From positions 21,000,021 to 21,064,020 of the forward strand of contig JARFYF010000058.1 in the NCBI GenBank assembly GCA_030265395.1: a stretch of 64,000 nucleotides of DNA, given 5' to 3'. The position numbers and the translations under genes are program-made. The stretch comes from Rhina ancylostomus. Its lineage: Eukaryota. This document shows, piece after piece, positions 38,601 through 53,600 of this stretch. The notes beneath the pieces were generated by a model that was not told the origin of the DNA, ran no database searches, and saw only the letters and a program-made list of their open reading frames with translations. The number at the start of each line of letters is the position of its first letter. The stretch's first letter is position 1.

Positions 38601-41600
38601 ATTGTCACAACAACATGGCATCATTTAAAATACTTAAGGATTCCAGTACCACTGATTTCCTAAGCAATAGGTGACACAACACTTGAGCCAGACCAGGTCA
38701 CTGGTAGTAGGTCAAAAAAACCCATACCCACATACCACCAGTTTAAACATTCCAATAAATTTGAAGCATCTCCAGAGGAAAACGACAGCATCCCTTAAAA
38801 GTCTACAGAGGCCATCATAAAACAATAATTGGTGCAAGATGTCTCCGAGTCCTGGGCAGAAAACGAACACCAGAACAAGAGACTCCCTTTCAACTCCAAT
38901 GTATCGAACACTGAGAAAGCTTTATAGGAATAGCTGCTGACCTTAACCATCCAATTCCTNNNNNNNNNNNNNNNNNNNNNNNNNNNNNNNNNNNNNNNNN
39001 NNNNNNNNNNNNNNNNNNNNNNNNNNNNNNNNNNNNNNNNNNNNNNNNNNNNNNNNNNNGAATAGCTGCTGACCTTAACCATCCAATTCCTGTTTTTCTG
39101 GCATGGACAGAACTGTAAAACCTGGTGAAAATTCAGTTACATATACAATACCCAACAGACACACATTAAATCTATTTCCCTCCCCACAGATACTGCCTGG
39201 CCTGAGTGTTTCCAGCATTTAACTGTTTTTTCTAAACCCAGTGAAGGAAGCTGGTTTGTGAAGCTTTATCCTCAATTTGTAATGGAAAAAACCCTTCAGC
39301 GAAAGCAACTAGGGACAACAGAGCAGCAACCACTACAATGAAATTGGATCAGGAAACTAAACCAAACCATGCCTAATTTATATATAGATGGTCAAACAAA
39401 AAAAAGTGCAAAACCCAAGGTTTTACAATCTAGATCACTATCCTAACTTCACATTTAATGCAACTCCAGACCCAATTAAAAACATGGATTTTAAAACCAA
39501 AATATACCAGATGAAGCAACAATCTGCTTGAGGAACTCAACAGTTTAAGCAGCATCTCTGGGAGGGAAGGAAATGTCAACTTTTCTCATCAAAACCCGGC
39601 ATCAGGATCTCAGTATATTCAAGATGAACACCTGCCTAATAGGATGCACCAACCCTGTAAACATTTGTATCACCTGGACCTCTTACATATACGGTAGGAC
39701 ATTAGGATAATCCTAGATTCAGTTTCACACTAAATAAGGCAAAAATCAACAATTAATGTATCATAATTGAACTGAATGCTCCTGGATATTGTATGTTTTA
39801 TGGAACATGTCTGAATGAGGTGAAGGAAAGGCATATGCCTGGTTTTTAGTGACACCTACCATAGCACGCAGATTATTAACAATGTTTAGAAATCAGAGGA
39901 TCAAAAATATAACCCAGCATCAGCACTTTGGGGAGGAATAATGATTGACTCAGTGTTCTCAGGTTGCAATAATACAGTATCACTTGAGATAACCATTGCA
40001 TAAATGCTGAACAAAATATTGCAAAGCAGAAACACAAAATTTGATGTCAGAAGCAAGCTTAGCTTAAGCTTCCAACATTAAAACTGGACACCTTGTGCAC
40101 CAAACCTGTGTGCTCACAGATTGATCAATTTCCATATAAATTTTTTATGGGAAAATTCCATATCACCACAAATGAAAGTGAAACTACCTGTCCAAAAACA
40201 AAATTACGCACCTTGGTGGCATCTGAAGGAGACGAGGGGACGCCTTTGACTCCACCCTGCTTCAGGTTGCTTGCTGCTTTTTTGTTTAATCCAATCATCT
40301 TTTCCTCAGACAGGACTCTCTGCTGTTCATGTTCAGGGAGGCTCTGCCATAGGACAATAAAAGCTTAATTTTGCAAGATGAAAATCCTACTACATAGTAC
40401 AGAATTACTGCAGTCCCAACAGCAAACATCTTTGCAGCTTCACCAAAGAGAAATGGAACAATTTGTTCTATTCATTCCTGGCTCTTTCAAACTACAATTA
40501 AATGATGCAAACAAAAAGTGACACCTACCAGCAAAAACCGATGAAGATTAATTTCATATTCCTTCTTTTTCTGTGGGAAATAAACAAATGATTTAAGTTA
40601 TTAGAGTGCTGATGCCTGTATTCGGTAACAATAGTCTTCGCTTCCAAATCCATTACAAGTCCAAGTTGTGTCAGTTTAAACATTTAGAATCATGTCCTAA
40701 CTTCCTAATCCCCAGTAACAGCTAACATGCAATATCATACGTCATCCTACAGCTTGAGACTCACCCCATTATTCCCCTCTTTATGGATGTAAACTATAAA
40801 ATCATTCAGGACAAATGAGGAATATAAAAGGTAACTTTTAAGATTACCAGTTATTGTTGAGTCAACAGATTAAAAAATAATGAATGCTTCCGTCAATAGC
40901 TTTCCACATCAGATTTCAAAAGTGCAATGAGATGCCACCACACTGACCTGCTCACATCGTTTCTGATATGCATCCTTCTCTTTCTGAGACAGCATCTTCC
41001 ACTGCTTGCTGCACAGAACCATGCGTTCTGTGCTGGGAATATCTTTCATGTTGGACATCAGTTCAGCACAATAAAGAGAATAACCATTTCTGAAAACAAG
41101 AGGAAGTGGTAAGGTACAGTTGTACATTTGAAACATTATATAAATCAGTATTGATACAATAATACTGGCAAGTAGAACCTCCCTGGGACCATCACAAATC
41201 CATGGTGATGCAAGGCAAGTTATGACAAGATCAGAAACTTTGAGGAAATATTGTTAGGTTAAGTGGGAGCACAGAACTTTTAACAGATGGGATTTCAATG
41301 CAGGTGGCCAAGAGACCAGTGTGTTCAAATGGTGAAAATTTAAGACTAATGAACATCTATTTAAACCACCAAGATGTTGTAGTAGTCAGATTCAAGAAAA
41401 AAAAAATTAAAGAAAGGTGGCTTATGATATGGTGGGCTCCATAACTACAGGGGAGAAAGTTTTACCACATCAGTGTAGAGACCTGGTTAAACTGCATCTA
41501 GAGATCAATGTACAGTTCTTGCCATTTCAACAAAGTTCATAGTGGTCTTGGAAATCATGCATACAGACTTAAGTTGCCAAGACTCCATTATGGAGAGAGA

Positions 41601-44600
41601 TCACAAAGGAGGATTGAGGGCCCCAAAATGCAACATGGTTACTTAAGGTGTTGGATGGAAAATGGACACTCAATTGACATCTTTAGGAAAAGAATTGACC
41701 TAGCAGATAAAACATTCATCTATAGGTGTGAAGCTTAGGATAAGGAGCAGGTGATTTGGGACACAAATTAGGAAACATAGCTTAATACAAAAAGGGTAGA
41801 AGCTTGGAATTCTCTCCTACAGGCAACTGGAAGACCAAAATAATTTTACATCCAAAGTAACTTTTAAAGATACTAATGGATTATGGTGCCAAAAATAGGT
41901 CAGAGTTGAGGCATATTAGCCGCAATCTCAAATGGATAGCAGAGCACCAAAGGGCCAAATAGCCTACTCTTGACCTAAATGTCATGTAAAGCATTGAGCT
42001 ATAATGTCCCAATTTGTGGGGTGATAACAGCTGAAAAAGCGGAAACACAGCCAAGAGAGATGCAACCATATTGTTAGATTGTGCATGTTAAGACCGCAGG
42101 TTTTCCAAAATGCAGAAGATAGCACACTTCTCCCTCTTGCAAATAAGAATGGATTTATTTAGTTTTTGCATTCAAAATACTCCACACAGACACGTTTGGA
42201 AAGGAAACATACGGAGGTGGTTTCGTGGGTCGACCATCAAACTTATCCTTGAGCTGTCTTTCGGCTTTAGTCAGAGTATTTTTGGTCAAATCATCCAGAC
42301 TGATGCTTTGTTCAGGGTGACGTAGAACATAATCTCGCATAGCTTCCTGCAAGCAGAAGGTCCATGTTCAAATTGATTAGGTGATCCATGGTCACTAAAC
42401 AAGTTTTTCCCTTCATCTACTCCATCAAAACTCTTTGTAATTTTGAAAAGTTCTGCAAAAACCTCTTCTCAAACTTCTCCGCCCCGAGAACAATCCCAGT
42501 TTTTTCAATGCTTCCTTCTGCATGCTCTCCTGTATCTAATAGTCTTTCACGGGTGTGGTCACCAGATTATTGCAAAAAAAATTGCACAAAAACAAGGAAG
42601 TCATGCTCAAAGTACAGCTTCAATTTGTCCTGCAAACTCTCAACCTACTTTAAAATTATAGCCTGCCCAATGTACCAGTTTTTCCCCTGAACCCTGATAT
42701 TATTCCCCTTACCTTCAACTACATTTCAATGCTATCTCAACTCCAAACCTTGAAGTGATGCTTAATGGCTTTCTTTCTCATAACTTCCTGACCTATTTTA
42801 TATTTCCAGCAGCCTCTGTTCACAGGTCACCATTACTTGGCTTTGTCTTGCACTGATTTTCATACACAATTGTCACTGCCCATGGACTTCAAATTTTAAA
42901 ATAAGCCCCATGCAGACAGTGCAGGAGTGTTTACCTGCCACTTTCCCCCAGCAAAATACATTCTTAAAGGCACTCATGTGACAGTTGCAGAAATCATGGT
43001 GACATGGCTGCACATTTGGGCAATGCACATAGAACTCTTACTCATGCCTATGCCTCAAAGAATTAATCCTCTAGTGAAAAGCATAAAGACTTAGTCTCAT
43101 CATATTGTTATATTATCAATCCTGCTGCTCATTGAGGGAGAGAACACTTTAGTCAGTATGTTTACCTCATACAGTTCTCGCTGCTCTAAGCTTTTGCCAA
43201 TCCACTTGAGTCTTTTCTTATCAGACAGCTGGGACCACTGCTTCCCCAGCGCTTCTTTAACATCTTTCATGGTGGCCTGGGAAAACAAAAGATTTATTGA
43301 TACATGTCCATCAAATACCAGCTACAGCATTTAATTGCCCAATAGCCAATTCTTCCAGGAACCCTGCGCTTGGCCTAGTTGACAACTGCAACAAGAACAG
43401 CAATTAAAACCAAGTTGAAACCCAGATGTTGCACGTCCACTGCAGACCAGATTTTTAAATCCACAGTGTGTTTGACCTGTTAAGTACACATACAAAACAT
43501 TACACATTAATTCTCAGATATGCTGAGCCTAGGCAAGTTGAGAATTCAAAAACATTTAATTCACTTAGAAAAAAGTCAAAAGGCATGAATAAAAGTGACC
43601 ACCTTTCAAATGGTCACCAGCCTGAAACATTCATGTTCATTGCTTTAGGTGCTGTTTGACCAGCTGATTTATTATAGTATTTTACGTTGAAGATGCAAGT
43701 TGGCTTCAGCCTGCACTAGTATTTATGTAGGACTAACAGGATAAAGGTTTTGCTTGAAACCCAACCACAGCAAAAAGATCAGTTGAACTAATACATGGCA
43801 ACATGGAATAATAAACCTAAACACAAATGTTACATCTTTCTTAGGAGATGGTAGAACTTAAGCATAGTAGTGCCAGATTCAAATGAGATTTGGGAATCAA
43901 CACTAATGGATGGAATTGATCAACTTGCCATCCTTCAAGTCCAGGGTTAAGCAGACAGCATTTGAACTTTTGGTAGAGAAAGGGATTTCATGCTTGCTTC
44001 GGTGAAGATGTTACATCGACCTGACAAAGATCACTTGGTGGCCTTTGATACCAGTGAGGTTGAAGACTATCCAGAAGCTTTATCTTAAAACTTGTAGATA
44101 TTAGATCTGTTTCATTAAATTAACAATCCCAAATACCAACAACCCCATTCAACACATTATAACCACAAATTGACCCATATTGAGTTTGGTATGAATACAA
44201 GGTGGCTTTCAAATACCTTCCAACTGCAGAGGTTGGAGTTTCAAATCATGTTTTTTAAAAAATAGCTACAATTCAGTAATAGCAGGGGAACAGAACGAGT
44301 TCCTCAAACCTTGCTGATTTGCACTGGGACCCTTTACTGCAGCCAATGGGCAAATACAGCTAGCTGTCAACGACAGTTCTGAATGGAAATGCTAGTGTTC
44401 GGCCACTCTCACATAACCATCCTAGACTTGTGTAGACCAGCAAGGAATCCACCTCTCCCATACCACTCCAGCCAGTCCCAGTTCAGGAGTGCAGGGCACG
44501 AATTTACATGGAGACTCCCAGCTGTAAAGATTACATTGAAAAGACAAGCTATGTTCAATTACCTTTCTTAAAAAACCATTAAAAGGCAAAATAAAAATTC

Positions 44601-47600
44601 CGTGCACATGTTTTTACTTAAATTTTAATTTAGCTAATTTTTATTGCAGAGAAGTACTTAACACTAGGGCCTCACTGGATATCGTTCATGGACAGCAGTC
44701 ACCTTATTCAGCCCTCCACATCAGTCCCAGGTAGATACAGGCAGCAAGGTACACCTAGCTTATGTTTAGACCACTAAGAGGAATCCATACAGAGAACCTG
44801 GAATATTGCATGTCTCAGGGGAAAGGTACAATAGGGTCCAGTTGTTCTTTGAGATCCCCAAATGGATGATGGCAATTAAATAGGCAAAGAAATATTGCAA
44901 TACACTGGTTCTTAACAGAGCATTGCTTCAGAAAGATACAACAAAAAGGAGCAACTGGCAACACAGCTACTTACATTGCACCGAATGATGCAATTTACCA
45001 TTACTATAGTACCCCTCTCCACACCCACAATGTATCCATTGGGTACAAATTTTGCAAATAAACTCAAACGAATTTTTATGTACTAGAATCAAAACATGCC
45101 CAAATCCTTTGAGTAATGAAGACGTACAGAATTATTCATGGAAACCAATGCATAATGCTTAAATTAACTGGATGCAGCTCTAAAAGAAAGCAAAGTCTGT
45201 GGATAAGAAAGAAGTGCCTCAGAGGATAGTGTCATTTACAAATTACGGACTTCAGTTTGATTTCATGCAGCAAAGTATGTAGGGAAAGTGCAAGTGCCAA
45301 TTCCTTTGGATGCATCTTCATATAGGCCTTCTTCTCTTGTAGGTNNNNNNNNNNTTCTCTTTACACTCTCCAGTAGTTCTGGATGATCCTCTCTATTTGA
45401 GAGGAAAAACAATAGATTTTATTACCCTTTTAGGCAACAATTTAGATGACACATGTAGACCTCAAATCAAGTACTACTATGCTATTTAAAGTGGTTGGTA
45501 GTTGATTAATCTTACTTAAGCAGCTCCAGATTCTGACAATGGTTGGGATTTAAATTAATGGGTTGGAATGATATCAATATCAAAAGAAATGTTAAAAGTC
45601 TCACTAATGCCTCTATCATCAATTCCTTGATCTGCATCCCCACAATAGATTGCTATCCAGTTTGTTTGCATATATTTACCACCCAAAGGAGACCAACCTT
45701 GGTGAATCTGTGGAATTCCTTGCCACAGATGGCTGTGGAGGCCAAGTCGTTGGGGATATTTAAAGTGGAGGTTGATGGGTTCTTGATTAATAAGGGCATC
45801 AAAGGTTACGGGAAGAAGGTAGGAGAATGGGGTGGAGAGGGAAAAATAAAATCAGCCATGATTGAATGGCATTGGATGGGTCAAATGGCCTAATTCTGCT
45901 CCTACATTATATGGGAAGAGCAGAAAACCCTAGTCTCGTGGCCAAGCAGCTCCTCAGAACAGGGACTGAATGACTGAAAAGTTAGCCAAGCCGCCTTTGG
46001 ACTAGCGCAAGATCCAAACCCACAAAACTAGACAGGTCAGAAGTTCAGTCCAAGCTCACGGACAGCAATACTATGGCAAGAATAGGTGCACAATGCAGGT
46101 CCATTGATTAGTGATTGAATATTTAAAGGATCAATCCAGGGAAAAAGAAACAACAGAAAGGCAGACTGAATGGAGCCAAGGTTTCTTGCCCCCCCACTCC
46201 TGCTCATTATCCTTTGAAGTGACTAGAAGCAGCCTTCCTCTTTACCATCCAAATGGTGAAGCCAAGGGAAGTTTCAGGAAGGCATGATTAACCCACAACA
46301 GCAAGCCCATGGTCAGCAGTGAAGAACTTCAACAGCAGCCAGTGAAGGCCTACTTTGAGGACCAACTGAGGGAGTGAAGATGGCACTGACACCATCTGAG
46401 GCAGGAGCCCTACCTTCCGGAAGAGCAGAGCAGAGAACCCTGGACCCCAGCTAAGAGCCCATTTGGGGATGTGGGAGACTTGTGTACAAGTGTGTGAATA
46501 TAGCTGTGCTTGCACTAGGAGATGACATGTTCTTTTGTTTGCCTTGAAAGTATAAAGCACTTGGATACAACACACTTAAAAGGAATATTGGTCAAAGTGC
46601 TCAGAAAACAAAGGGGCAACATTGTCTCCTTTCATCCATTCTGAGCAGTTTGTATCATAGGTTTAATCACCACAGATTCCACCTGGTGTAAAATGGTGAA
46701 ACTTCAAGGCAAGTTTACTGAATCTCAGGCAGAGCAGTCTGAAAAAAAAAGCATTCTGGAAGACAGGAAGGGTATAGGGAGGGGTGGAATGAAGAGTGAG
46801 AAGTCAAAATCTGAAGATGCAACATCATTTCAGACATTACCTGAATCGGGCCATGCTCTGTTCAAAGTCTTCTTTCTCCTTCTGAAACTCTTGAATATAT
46901 TTCATCTGCAGGAGCAAAATAAATCTCAGATTTCCTACCATGAAACTGTACTGAAAAATGTTCTTTATCTTACACTCTGACTTTACATCCCTTCTGCAAT
47001 TTAAGCACTAATGCAGATAGGGGCATGCACTAACCTTTTTCTTCTCTGGCAACTCCTTGTATTTCTTGGAAAGAATTTTAGTCAGATCCAAGTTACTCAT
47101 TTCAGGATGAAGCTTTGCATATTTTGCTCTTTTCTCCATGAAGAATCGAAAATAAGGTGTGAGAGGCTTCTTAGGAAAGTCAGGATGATTCTATAATAAT
47201 AAAAAGAACAGACTCTTAGGAGTAGCACTACTCCATAGCTTCTGTACCCACTACAGAGTTAACTTCAAAAATGACACTGCAATGCAGCAGTACAAATGGT
47301 CTTTCCAATTCATGCTGAAATTTTTTGTGATTTAAAATTGCAAGACAATGAACATCTTTGTTAATCATTCTGAACTCATTTTATCAAGATCTGACTAAAC
47401 AAGTGTTTCAAAGCTACTAGAAGTGTTTTCAGTCACAGTACTTTATATTATAATTGGAATTAAGTGCATAAACAGGCTGTGGGTCTGTGCCAGCTTTTTG
47501 TTAAAATATGTTTATAAACTAAAGCCATTTCCCTGGACATTCTCCATAGTCCTCTATATTACCTTCAACATCAAATATAATAAATAACAATCATACCTCT

Positions 47601-50600
47601 GCAAATCACTGTGTCTGGAAATTCAATTACACAACACCTCCCCCACAAATATCAAGCAATTGCAGAAAATCAATTTCAGATTACTTCAAAAACTCAACTG
47701 GACACTTCCCATTGCAAGTCACCTTTATGAACCAGAAATGATTCCCCTATCAGGGATCCATACAACTTGTCTTCGAGAGCATTGCATGGGAACTGGGACT
47801 GCAGGACCTCATGGTGCAGTCACTGGACCGCCAACGTAGGAGGTCTGCAAGTTCATTAATTCACCTATATCCTTGAATTTCTTGCTGCCCCCTTCCCCCA
47901 ACAACCTTAATGAACCCCAAGCTATAGAAGGAGAACCAGCCAATCCATGAGTTTCCTTTTTGATTTGGTAGGACAATCACCATGACCACCAATGTCCTGC
48001 CACATTTCAGTGTGCCTGGGGAGTGGGGTGGGTGATCAAAAGGTGTTGTTAACCATTTTACTTGCATTTCAGATGCCATCTCAGGAATGCCCCATCTGTG
48101 GGGCAAGTTCCCCTGCAAAGCATGAGGAAATGTCATCAGTCGGGGGCTTCAATGCAAAAAACATTGCTTTAAAGTCACAGGGGTGATGCAAGCAGAAGTA
48201 CCTTTTTGAATTTCCTGACTTGCATGATTGATGTGGAAATCATAGAGGACTTTAGGTTTTCAACTACATGATGCTTCAAAATGTGCTATGCAATTCAGTT
48301 GGGGATACTGGATGTTACAGGCAAGTACNNNNNNNNNNNNNNNNNNNNNNNNNNNNNNNNNNNNNNNNNNNNNNNNNNNNNNNNNNNNNNNNNNNNNNNN
48401 NNNNNNNNNNNNNNNNNNNNNNNNNNNNATACTGGATGTCACAGGCAAGTACTTCTGAACCCATGAATGCATCTAAAAAACACACAATTCTATTCAGTGT
48501 GCATTCATAACCAAAGGAGGTGCAAATGTAATTCTCACCGATGCTTCACAAGACTACAAGTAAATCTAAAATCAGTTTCTGTTTCAATTTGCAGTTATCC
48601 TAAAACAGTTCTCAATTAATTGAAGCAGAATAATTGGAACCTCAATGCACAAGGTAAAAAATGCTCCTAGTTTAGTCTCATGAGATACTCTAGATATTTC
48701 CACATTCTGTTCCAACAATCTCAAACAGTTGAGTGGTTTCCAGAATATTAGCAGATATCATGGATTTGTGATGACAGCGAAAGGGTAACCTGAAAAGAAT
48801 TAGCTGAAGTTACAATTCAGCAGTCAGGGAAAAAAGGCAGGAGGCACAGGAGAGTTAAAGGGAAGAGTAAAAGACACACCAGTGCCACCACCTAGATAAT
48901 TTAAAAATAGTCCTCGCCTGTTAACAAAGAATATTTTCTAATAATCATTCAGCTCTACTTGGTTGACTTTTAAACATTCATTAGTTTATTTATTAATCCT
49001 TCTCCAAACTCACTTTCACCCAAGTATGGAAAACTGCAAAGGATGACAAGTAATATACATTTATAAATCAGGTGGCCATTTCCAACGATGCAGCCCAAAC
49101 ACCAACCCAAGGATTGCCCACAGATTCCTCATTGCCAACATCCTGACCTACACTGTGTTAAGTACGTGAACAGAAGGATAACCACTTCATTAGCTTAATT
49201 AGCCTAGTGTTAGAAATAATATTCTTAATATTAGCTGAGGCTTGACATTCTAGTGACAGACTTCAACTCCACAGCCTTCCTATGAACTACAAGGTTAAGA
49301 ATATGATGGAATATAATTATATACCTTAAAAGATAAAACCAATTATCTGCTGCCTAAACTGATACATTGGACTATCCATCTTCACTGACTCCACTCCAGT
49401 AATTTGGCTGCACTTTCTAAAACCTACTTGAGATGCATTGGGCGCAACTTGCCAATTTTACTTGCCAAATTTACTTCAAGAATACCATTTAATCTTGCCA
49501 TATCTACCCACTCCAATATTATGGAGAAAAGATAAAATGCCACAAATCCAAAAATACTTCATGAAGGAAGATGTTTAAAATACAAAAAGGCAATGACAAC
49601 TCTTAGAAAAGTGTTAATTTTTGATGCCTAGTAACAAGATTGTGGAAAGACATTCAAGAACCTTGATTGCTGTTCTAGCACTCCCTTTAAAAATTGTACT
49701 ACATCTAGGAAGATGTTACCTCTCATTCTTCCTAGCAGATGCATGAGCTCACACTTCTCTGCTAAATTGCATTACCTCCAACAGATATTCTAGCACGTGC
49801 ATCAGCTTGAAGGTTGTTACTATAGTCATGTACAATTCCAAATTTCATTCCAATTGCAATCTTTTATGTTTTTGTCTGCTCAATTAATATACACAAGAGC
49901 CTTGTGGTCCGAACCACTGGATGCAATAGGAAGACTATGGAGATCACATCAAAAGAAAATCCATTTGCTAGCTTCTACTTTTGTTAACTCTATATCCATA
50001 CACTGTTCCCTTATCCCCCAAATGACTATTGTCAAAGGTTCAAGTACAAAATACAAACTGCATTATCAACCTTCACTTAATTCAGATGAAGTGACTTTAC
50101 AGTCATGAAAAAAATCAGTTGACTATTAACAAATTGGAGATGATTTGCATTTTATTCAATACCTTTTCAAATGCCCACTGAGGTCCATTTCACTGTCTCA
50201 AAATCTACACTGAGCAGCCTACAGTTGCCATAATTAGTACTACAATCGTTGCCGGCAAGGTTGCATTTACTACCTGAACCTAACTGCCCTTGAAAATGAT
50301 GGAAAGTCTCTTTCTTGATCTATTGCAGCTCTTCTGTTGAAAACACTCCCAACAATGCTGTTGGGTAGGGAGCAACAGGATGTACACCTAATGACAAATG
50401 AACAATTAGCAATACTTTTCCAAATTAGGATGATGCAACACTTGGAGGGGGAACCTGTAGGTGGCAGAGCACCCACGAGCCTCATCCTTCTTAGTGGAAG
50501 GGACTGCAGGTTTGGGAGGTGCGACCAGAGTAGTCCAAGTGAGCTCGTTCAGTGCTTTTTGAGGTAAGCCACTGTATGCCAATGGTGGAGGGAAAGAAAG

Positions 50601-53600
50601 TTTAAGGTGTCAATCAAGCACATTGACATGTCCTGGATGGCACTAAGCATCCTGAGGAATGGAAGCTGCATTCATGCAGGCAAACAAACAAATTGGTACA
50701 TGCTTATTGCTAAAAAGATTACATTTCCCTCTTCTCTACCAGCCCTCCAGGGAAGCAGGCACAATTTCCTTAATACAAATTAATGTGGCTGAAGATGTTG
50801 TGAAAGGAGCCAACATGTCAATTACTTCAGTTATTACACTCAATGACCAGCATCCATCACGATTGTCAGGCATACCCATGTTTAATGCAGGTGGCAACTG
50901 TCCACTGTTTGTGTTTTGGATGGTCATCTCTTCTATTTAAATTGCAGACGCACTGAAGAGACATTTCAGTGAAAAGTGGTCTGGATCACAAATTGGCTGG
51001 AATCCACTAACACCAAGCCTAGAGATAGATTAATTTAATATTTGAATCTCGAAATCAATTGTTGCAAGACCACATCTTGAAACTATTAAGCCAGATGACC
51101 AAGCTGGATTACAAACTGTGATCCATAATACAGGATAAAAAAAAGTTCCTACTTTAGATGAGTGACGATACTTTACAGCTGGAGTGGACACTATTGGCAA
51201 TCCATCTGTCAATCAAGCCCAGAGATGATCATGCCATATGCAATTCAAATTTAATCAATACAATTTGTTTAACGATCTTCCACTCACTGAATTTTTTCCC
51301 GGGGGGAATGCTGCTTTTTCTTTAAGTCACTATAGTGAAAAGCTGCACTTGCTCTGCTTTTTAAATTAACTTGGCTTGCCACATAATAGACCACTTGCCT
51401 AGTCACATGCCCTGCTTCCAACTCACTGACTGAAAATACCATCAAATGATCCCAATCTTAAAATCTGTTTAGGCAGAATATATTTTCATACAGCAAATGC
51501 AGATTTTGTTTTGCTATTTATACACGTAAATGAAATTCTTCCCAAAAACCTGTGGGTTTGTTGTGGTCGAATGAACCTGCTTTTAAGGAGAACATGATCA
51601 CATGACAGCACATGGAACATTCCAGTCACCAGTGTACTGAAGTAATATTGTTACAATTCCACATTCACCCAATTAGGAGAGAGATCTACATTGCATCCCA
51701 AGGGGAAAACACTACAAGAATGTATTGATTCAGTATACACAGACTAAACACAAATATCTTGCATTAGAGTTAGAAACTATTGATAAGTGTGCAAAAAAAA
51801 ATTCTGAACTTGCATTTGCAAACTTTACTACCTTAAATTAACAATGCCAAAAAAAGTTTCAGGTGTTTTCATTAGTTTTTAATCTTAACTTACATAACTT
51901 CAATACTTCTATTTTGCAGCAAAGATAAAAAGAAAATGTGAAACTGTGAAGACCTTCCCTTGAGGGACAAATCAATACATTTTAAATTGGATTAATCAGA
52001 AGTTTCCAGAAAAACATCTTTATCCATTGATTGTACAGTACCAAGATTGTGTAATGGTGTAGAAACTACTACTTACTAAAGAGCCAACTGCACAGGTTAA
52101 TATAAAGCCATTAAAAGATAACTACCACATTGCAAGAAATGAAGTCCAGAATGAAACTTTATTTCTCATTGTTGGCTGAAATGCATGAAATAACAGAATC
52201 CAGAAATATTATTGCAAAGTTGTAGCTGTATTCAAGAGAATAGCTCAATGAATGAGGAAACCTCAATAAACCACTTCAGTGTTACCAAAGACTTTACAAT
52301 AAATATTTCACATAACTCCAAAATATCACAAATTCATTCAAAATTAAAAATTGCAAGATGTAAAAAGCAAAATTTTATTGATGGCCTGCATTATTTTCTT
52401 CCCTCTTGAACTTTAAAAAAAAATTCATGTTTATTTTCTTAGGCTGAATGCTCACCTTGAGTTTCTTCCCTTTATAGGGATTCTTCACATTTTCTTGGAC
52501 ATCCAGAATCAGTTCCGATAAAGTGCGGAACTTTCTCACCTAAACACAAAATTTGATATTTAAAATGGTTAAACCAAAACTTGAGTGGTTCAAGGGCCAA
52601 TCACAAGTGGGGGAAAAAGGAGAACATTAGCAAAGAGTTTATAGTCTGATAGCACCATTCCCATACAGCCCTTCACAAATAAGGCAGCACTGCACTCCAG
52701 ATGTCAATTGGAGAAAGTCAAATAGGATGCATTTAATGGAGAAGAAAAAAATAATTTGGAATGCATCCATGTAGAACTGGTGACCGAGATGTGCTATCTC
52801 CCAGTGACCCATTAGGACCCACAATTCAATTTCACAGTGAAACTTATGGAATTCTTCTATCAATATCAATCAGGGACAATTTTAGCTACCCACGAAAGGA
52901 ACAATCACAATAACTGATGACATGTTTGGAACCAAAAGAAACATTCTGCACACAGGTAATGTTTTTTGAAGATTAGCCCTGGCACCTTAACCCAATTCTG
53001 CCTTGGGAATTTACAGGCTTAACATTTCTACCAGTATAATCTATTTGACATCACGTGCCCAGATTTTTCTGTTGTGATGGCAATGGCAACAATACCCAGC
53101 AAAACTGAGACACTTCATGATTTGTTCTTGTGGTTTAATATGAAAATCCTCAACTTACCAGTAATTCAGCACTCCCCTACAAGATTGCAGCATTTAATCA
53201 CCACAATTAAATGAGATCAACATCAATGAAAGTATAACCGGTAATTATAAACCAACCGTGACACAAAATATATCGAAGTTTGGCACTTAGTTGTATGAGT
53301 TGGATGCAATTTTTTTTTAAAAAGGTATAGTAAACAATTACATCTTAATTTAGCAAAAGATGGCCCAGAAAAAAATGCAAGGCAGTTTATTCAAATTTGT
53401 CAGAACTATTCAACATGGAAACAAGCCCTTTGACCCATCAAGCACCTGTTTACACTACCCCCATTCTATTCTCCCACATCTCCCTCCAGATTCTGACACT
53501 GGGGCTAATTTACAGTGGCCAATTAACCTACCAACACACTCATCTTTGTGATGAGAGAGGAAACTGAAGCACCCAGAGGAAACCCACAAGGTCACAGATT

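Noticed and set aside
38928-39091. Identical 32-nt repeat flanking a 100-N gap
   Set aside because: Assembly overlap artefact.
48305-48452. atactggatgt(t/c)acaggcaagtac on both sides of a gap; similar case at 30677-30798
   Set aside because: Gap-flank haplotype duplication artefact.
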